Both the position numbers and the translations under genes were made by a program. Below are positions 61,093 to 64,000 of a stretch of 64,000 bases of DNA, piece by piece. Source of the stretch: a virus; the IMG/VR virus record IMGVR_UViG_3300045988_157568. One strand, 5' to 3'. Within the stretch, counting starts at the first letter, position 1, and each line of letters starts with the position of its first letter. The notes beneath the pieces are model-generated. The model was not told the DNA's origin. It searched no databases and worked only from the letters and a program-made list of their open reading frames with translations.

Positions 61093-61472
61093 CTTGCGTC
61101 ACCTACTTTCACTTGTGTTGTCGTTGTTGTATCAAAAGCCTTAACCGTATAGGTTATTGTAGCCACTATTGCTCTTTTTACACTCCGCACGTCTACTGAT
61201 GTTACAACTATATCAGGAATATGCTTAGCTATGGCTTGCTTTATTTCATATTCCAAAAGTGTCCTCGTACTTGCGTCATTTGACGAGAATACAAAAGTAT
61301 CTAATTCAGCAAAAACGTCACATTCCATTGTCCTTTCACCTTGATTGGTATTGAGTAGTTGCTCAATCTTTCCGTCATAAAGGGACGTGTCATTCTTAGT
61401 CAAGGTGTTTAAACTTACTCCCCCTTTTGTATTAACGCAAAAAGGGAATTTCAAACCCACTAAACTGCTCAT
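61089..61472 (-). CDS. Baseplate wedge protein gp25/GpW-like
   Basis: GLKFPF...IEQLLNTNQGERTMECDVFAEL matches the gp25 family signature (..iL.T..GER.m...fG). Confidence 0.75.
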   Translation of the reverse strand: MSSLVGLKFPFCVNTKGGVSLNTLTKNDTSLYDGKIEQLLNTNQGERTMECDVFAELDTFVFSSNDASTRTLLEYEIKQAIAKHIPDIVVTSVDVRSVKRAIVATITYTVKAFDTTTTTQVKVGDAS

Positions 61473-61483
61473 AGTAATATCAC

Positions 61484-61582
61484 CTATCCTTTATAAATGT
61501 GTATTAGCTCGTAAAGTTTTATTACACAAGGGCTTAATGCACCTATAAGGAAAAATATCATAATCATAAATTTATATTGCAT
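61484..61582 (-). CDS. 32-aa hydrophobic mini-protein (not in ORF track)
   Basis: ATG 61582 after GGGGAG; MQYKFMIMIFFLIGALSPCVIKLYELIHIYKG. Confidence 0.3.
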   Translation of the reverse strand: MQYKFMIMIFFLIGALSPCVIKLYELIHIYKG

Positions 61583-61601
61583 AGTGCTTACACTCCCCTT
61601 A

Positions 61602-61985
61602 TTAGCCCTTTAAAGCGTCTATTTTCTTTTCTAAGATACTTAGTTGGTTTAGCACATCTACACCGTTTATAAGCACCCTACCGCCTGTCAGAAGTATACT
61701 TGCTCCACCATAGGTTATTGCCTTTGTTCCTTTTGAACAAGGTGCATTTCCCTGTGAATACCAAGTACCTACCCAAACAGGCTTACCTAAATCCCCCTGT
61801 TGAAATTCTACCCAAACACACTCTCCCACGTTTGGTGTGCTAAACTCACCATAAGGGAAACAAGGCTCGCACCAAGTAGTATGGTACTCCATTGTTACTG
61901 CTGGTACACTTACCTTTATTCTCCCCCTATTTTCAGGGTCATTTACATCAACAACATATGCTCTGTATTTTCCGTTAAAATTCAT
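61602..61985 (-). CDS. Baseplate spike / gpV-like (gp5 OB-fold) protein
   Basis: YRAYVVDVNDPENRGRIKVSVPAV...TTWCEPCFPY...VWVEFQQGDLGKPVWVG. Confidence 0.75.
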   Translation of the reverse strand: MNFNGKYRAYVVDVNDPENRGRIKVSVPAVTMEYHTTWCEPCFPYGEFSTPNVGECVWVEFQQGDLGKPVWVGTWYSQGNAPCSKGTKAITYGGASILLTGGRVLINGVDVLNQLSILEKKIDALKG

Positions 61986-61986
61986 A

Positions 61987-63321
61987 TTACACCTTCTCTA
62001 CTTCGTTCATATGTACCCACGACTCAATATCTGTAAGTAATAAACACTTACCGTCAGTGTCTACACTTCCTACTTTCCACGTTTCAGCTCTTACCCAGTT
62101 AGGTACTTTCACACCTTCCGAAGCGTGAGCGTAAGTAGCTGTATCTGAAATGAAACGTACTGTATCACCTTTAGAATAATCTGTTGAAGAATTAGATGAT
62201 ACTTCATCACTTAATTCGGCAGGTTTCATTGTCTTACCAAAACCTGTTTTTATAAGTGTGAGTGTTTCAGACAAGCCATTGCTACTATCAATGGTTAGTT
62301 TTATCCCCTCAACATAGTATAAACCACTTAAATATTTACCTAACCCACTAAAATTTATGGTCTGCATATAGGTTAAAGCAAGTAATTCAGGTGTAGGGAG
62401 AACATCACAATCGCCACGCAAGGTGTTATACTCTTGCTCTCTGTATGTTCTCTCTGTTTTATCTGTATCAGTATTATCCTTCTTATTCTTTTGTGCTTCT
62501 GTGTCATCATATGGTACACTACCATAACCAACACTCGATACTTGTACTGGATAACCCTGTGTTTGCAAAGCTACTGTTTTCTCATTAGCGAAAAAGCTAT
62601 CAGTATCTTGTGTAGAGGGGTTTATATCAGCATATCTTGTATCAATTTTTCTCGTTTCCTTATCTATGGACGGCGAAAACTTCAATACATTATTTTTCAA
62701 AGCGTCCACTCTGTAATAAAGATTACTTGACGGCTCTGCAAGAAGTCCTAAACGGACATAAAAGAATGTGTCACCTATTAATTTAGCTACAAACAATTCT
62801 CTTTCGTCATTTGCCAAACCTTCCATAAACTCTATATCTGTCTGTCCACTTTGTGTTATACTGTCCTGTTGAATATACTCATAATCTTCGGGATAGACTA
62901 ACTTCCAACCGTAGCCATTACACTTTTCTTTGATAACATCAATGCTCCTCACCTTATTCCACGTTTGAGTATTCTTAACTCTCTGCATAAGGTGAGTTTT
63001 ATCCAAACAATATAACTCTATGTAAGGGTTTCCGTCATCAGGAAACACTGGATTTATCTCTGATATATACCCATAAAAACAATGCTTTTCTGCACTTCCT
63101 TGAAACATAATATCAAGTGACATAGGAACATCTTTTAGGTAAATATCATCTTGTATAAACTCCATATTTGGGTCATCAATTTTAATGGTGACACTGTCTG
63201 CACCTTTTACCGTTTCAGTAAGCTCAATAGATAAAATCATTTGCTTACGGTCAAAAGGAATACTCTCGCCATTAAAACTCAAGTCCCAATATGTAGTGGA
63301 AATATCCATTACATCATTCAT
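61987..63321 (-). CDS. Tail hub / late control gene D-like protein
   Basis: 444-aa ORF between the LysM protein and the spike, the canonical gpD position in contractile-tail modules. Confidence 0.55.
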   Translation of the reverse strand: MNDVMDISTTYWDLSFNGESIPFDRKQMILSIELTETVKGADSVTIKIDDPNMEFIQDDIYLKDVPMSLDIMFQGSAEKHCFYGYISEINPVFPDDGNPYIELYCLDKTHLMQRVKNTQTWNKVRSIDVIKEKCNGYGWKLVYPEDYEYIQQDSITQSGQTDIEFMEGLANDERELFVAKLIGDTFFYVRLGLLAEPSSNLYYRVDALKNNVLKFSPSIDKETRKIDTRYADINPSTQDTDSFFANEKTVALQTQGYPVQVSSVGYGSVPYDDTEAQKNKKDNTDTDKTERTYREQEYNTLRGDCDVLPTPELLALTYMQTINFSGLGKYLSGLYYVEGIKLTIDSSNGLSETLTLIKTGFGKTMKPAELSDEVSSNSSTDYSKGDTVRFISDTATYAHASEGVKVPNWVRAETWKVGSVDTDGKCLLLTDIESWVHMNEVEKV

Positions 63322-63611
63322 AATTTACTCACCACTTCCGTAAAAGTAGGTATTGTTACAATGTCACCTACTTTTATATCAAGTTCAGACTGATACTGTG
63401 GGTTAGCGTCCAATATCGCCCACCACAATTCAGAATTATTATATATTTTATAAGCCAAAAAGTCAAGGGTATCACCCGAAGTCCAAGTGTGATATGTTGC
63501 CCCTGTTGTATTAAACTGAAATCTCTGTCTTATATCAAAGATTTTCTTGTCACTTCCGTCAGGATAATAGGTAGGTGTAGAAGTATATCTTGAACCTTTA
63601 TATATAGCCAT
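63318..63611 (-). CDS. LysM-domain tail protein (gpX-like)
   Basis: YHTWTSGDTLDFLAYKIYNNSELWWAILDANP LysM pattern. Confidence 0.7.
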   Translation of the reverse strand: MAIYKGSRYTSTPTYYPDGSDKKIFDIRQRFQFNTTGATYHTWTSGDTLDFLAYKIYNNSELWWAILDANPQYQSELDIKVGDIVTIPTFTEVVSKL

Positions 63612-63997
63612 TATAAAACACCTACCTGTCTTAGAGTTAATTTGAAATGTGCCACTGTTGGCGTACCACTTTCGTCCATAGAGTCAATTTTAATATTAAA
63701 ATTCGTAAGAACACATTTTCTTACGAAATAGCCATAAAAAAATATCATTTCAGGCGGTCGTTTCCAATCAGCCACATTTTCCTCTGGTGTCAAAAAAGCT
63801 CCAATAAACTTCATATAGTCTTTTATTATACCACAAGGCTCTATAAGCCTATCAACTAAATAAAGCTCTACGTCAAACTCTCTTGCCTTACCTGCAACAA
63901 ACTGTGTATGTGGATAAGCCATAGCAGGAGCTATATTATCCACATACTCAACTCCCCTGTCATATTCAAGAGTTTCAGGGTTAAATTGAAAACGCAT
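63611..63997 (-). CDS. contractile-tail tube-family / tube-initiator-like protein
   Basis: MRFQFNPETLEY start typical of the tail-tube-like family that precedes LysM proteins in contractile systems. Confidence 0.4.
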   Translation of the reverse strand: MRFQFNPETLEYDRGVEYVDNIAPAMAYPHTQFVAGKAREFDVELYLVDRLIEPCGIIKDYMKFIGAFLTPEENVADWKRPPEMIFFYGYFVRKCVLTNFNIKIDSMDESGTPTVAHFKLTLRQVGVL

Positions 63998-64000
63998 TAT

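Noticed and set aside
1-64000. Stop-codon reassignment (TAG or TGA recoding), as seen in some large gut phages.
   Set aside because: Long uninterrupted ORFs with recognisable motifs are obtained throughout with the standard code, including 1331-aa, 1034-aa and 732-aa ORFs in the track. The only in-frame TAG of note, in the primase, is accompanied by a frame change. It is therefore not simple recoding.

Overview
AT-rich 64-kb segment of a large tailed dsDNA phage. The contractile-tail baseplate genes indicate a myovirus. The SpoVS homologue, PBSX-like lysis cassette, SLH-like endolysin tail and SigA-type promoters suggest a Firmicutes (Bacilli/Clostridia-type) host. Every gene I can support is on the minus strand, so transcription runs from high to low coordinates.

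Modules, right to left:
- Baseplate and tail-fibre genes, 64.0-55.1 kb: LysM/gpX-like, gpD-like, gpV-like spike, gp25-like, baseplate J, fibre.
- PBSX-like lysis cassette, 55.1-52.9 kb: XkdX-like, XhlA-like, amidase, holin.
- Replication module, 52.8-39.2 kb: SF2 helicase, DnaC-like loader, DnaB helicase, a frame-split DnaG primase, SSB-like, HU-like, and a family-A DNA polymerase carrying two inteins.
- Recombination and nucleotide-metabolism genes, 39.1-26.2 kb: RHH protein plus an intein-containing RecA, Cas4-like and Hjc-like nucleases, MazZ-like and MazG-like pyrophosphohydrolases, a frame-split C5 methyltransferase, a divergent ThyX-like protein.
- 7-deazaguanine DNA-modification cluster, 25.6-20.7 kb: QueE, QueC, FolE and a long DpdA-like fusion. 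It is flanked by SpoVS-like and signal-peptidase-like genes and by a PAPS-reductase-like gene.
- Early-type region of small genes, 19-0.9 kb: ArdC-like, possible ArdA-like, a MazEF-like pair next to a HerA/DUF853-like ATPase, and tandem paralogue families.

At least 17 copies of a near-perfect TTGACA-17-TATAAT promoter with a conserved upstream GTGAGGAA box are present, most of them in this early region. Coordinates 1450-2750 are ORF-free and packed with two iteron arrays.

No tRNA, rRNA, CRISPR array, integrase or transposase was recognised. All family assignments come from motifs read by eye in the translated ORFs. No database search was run.
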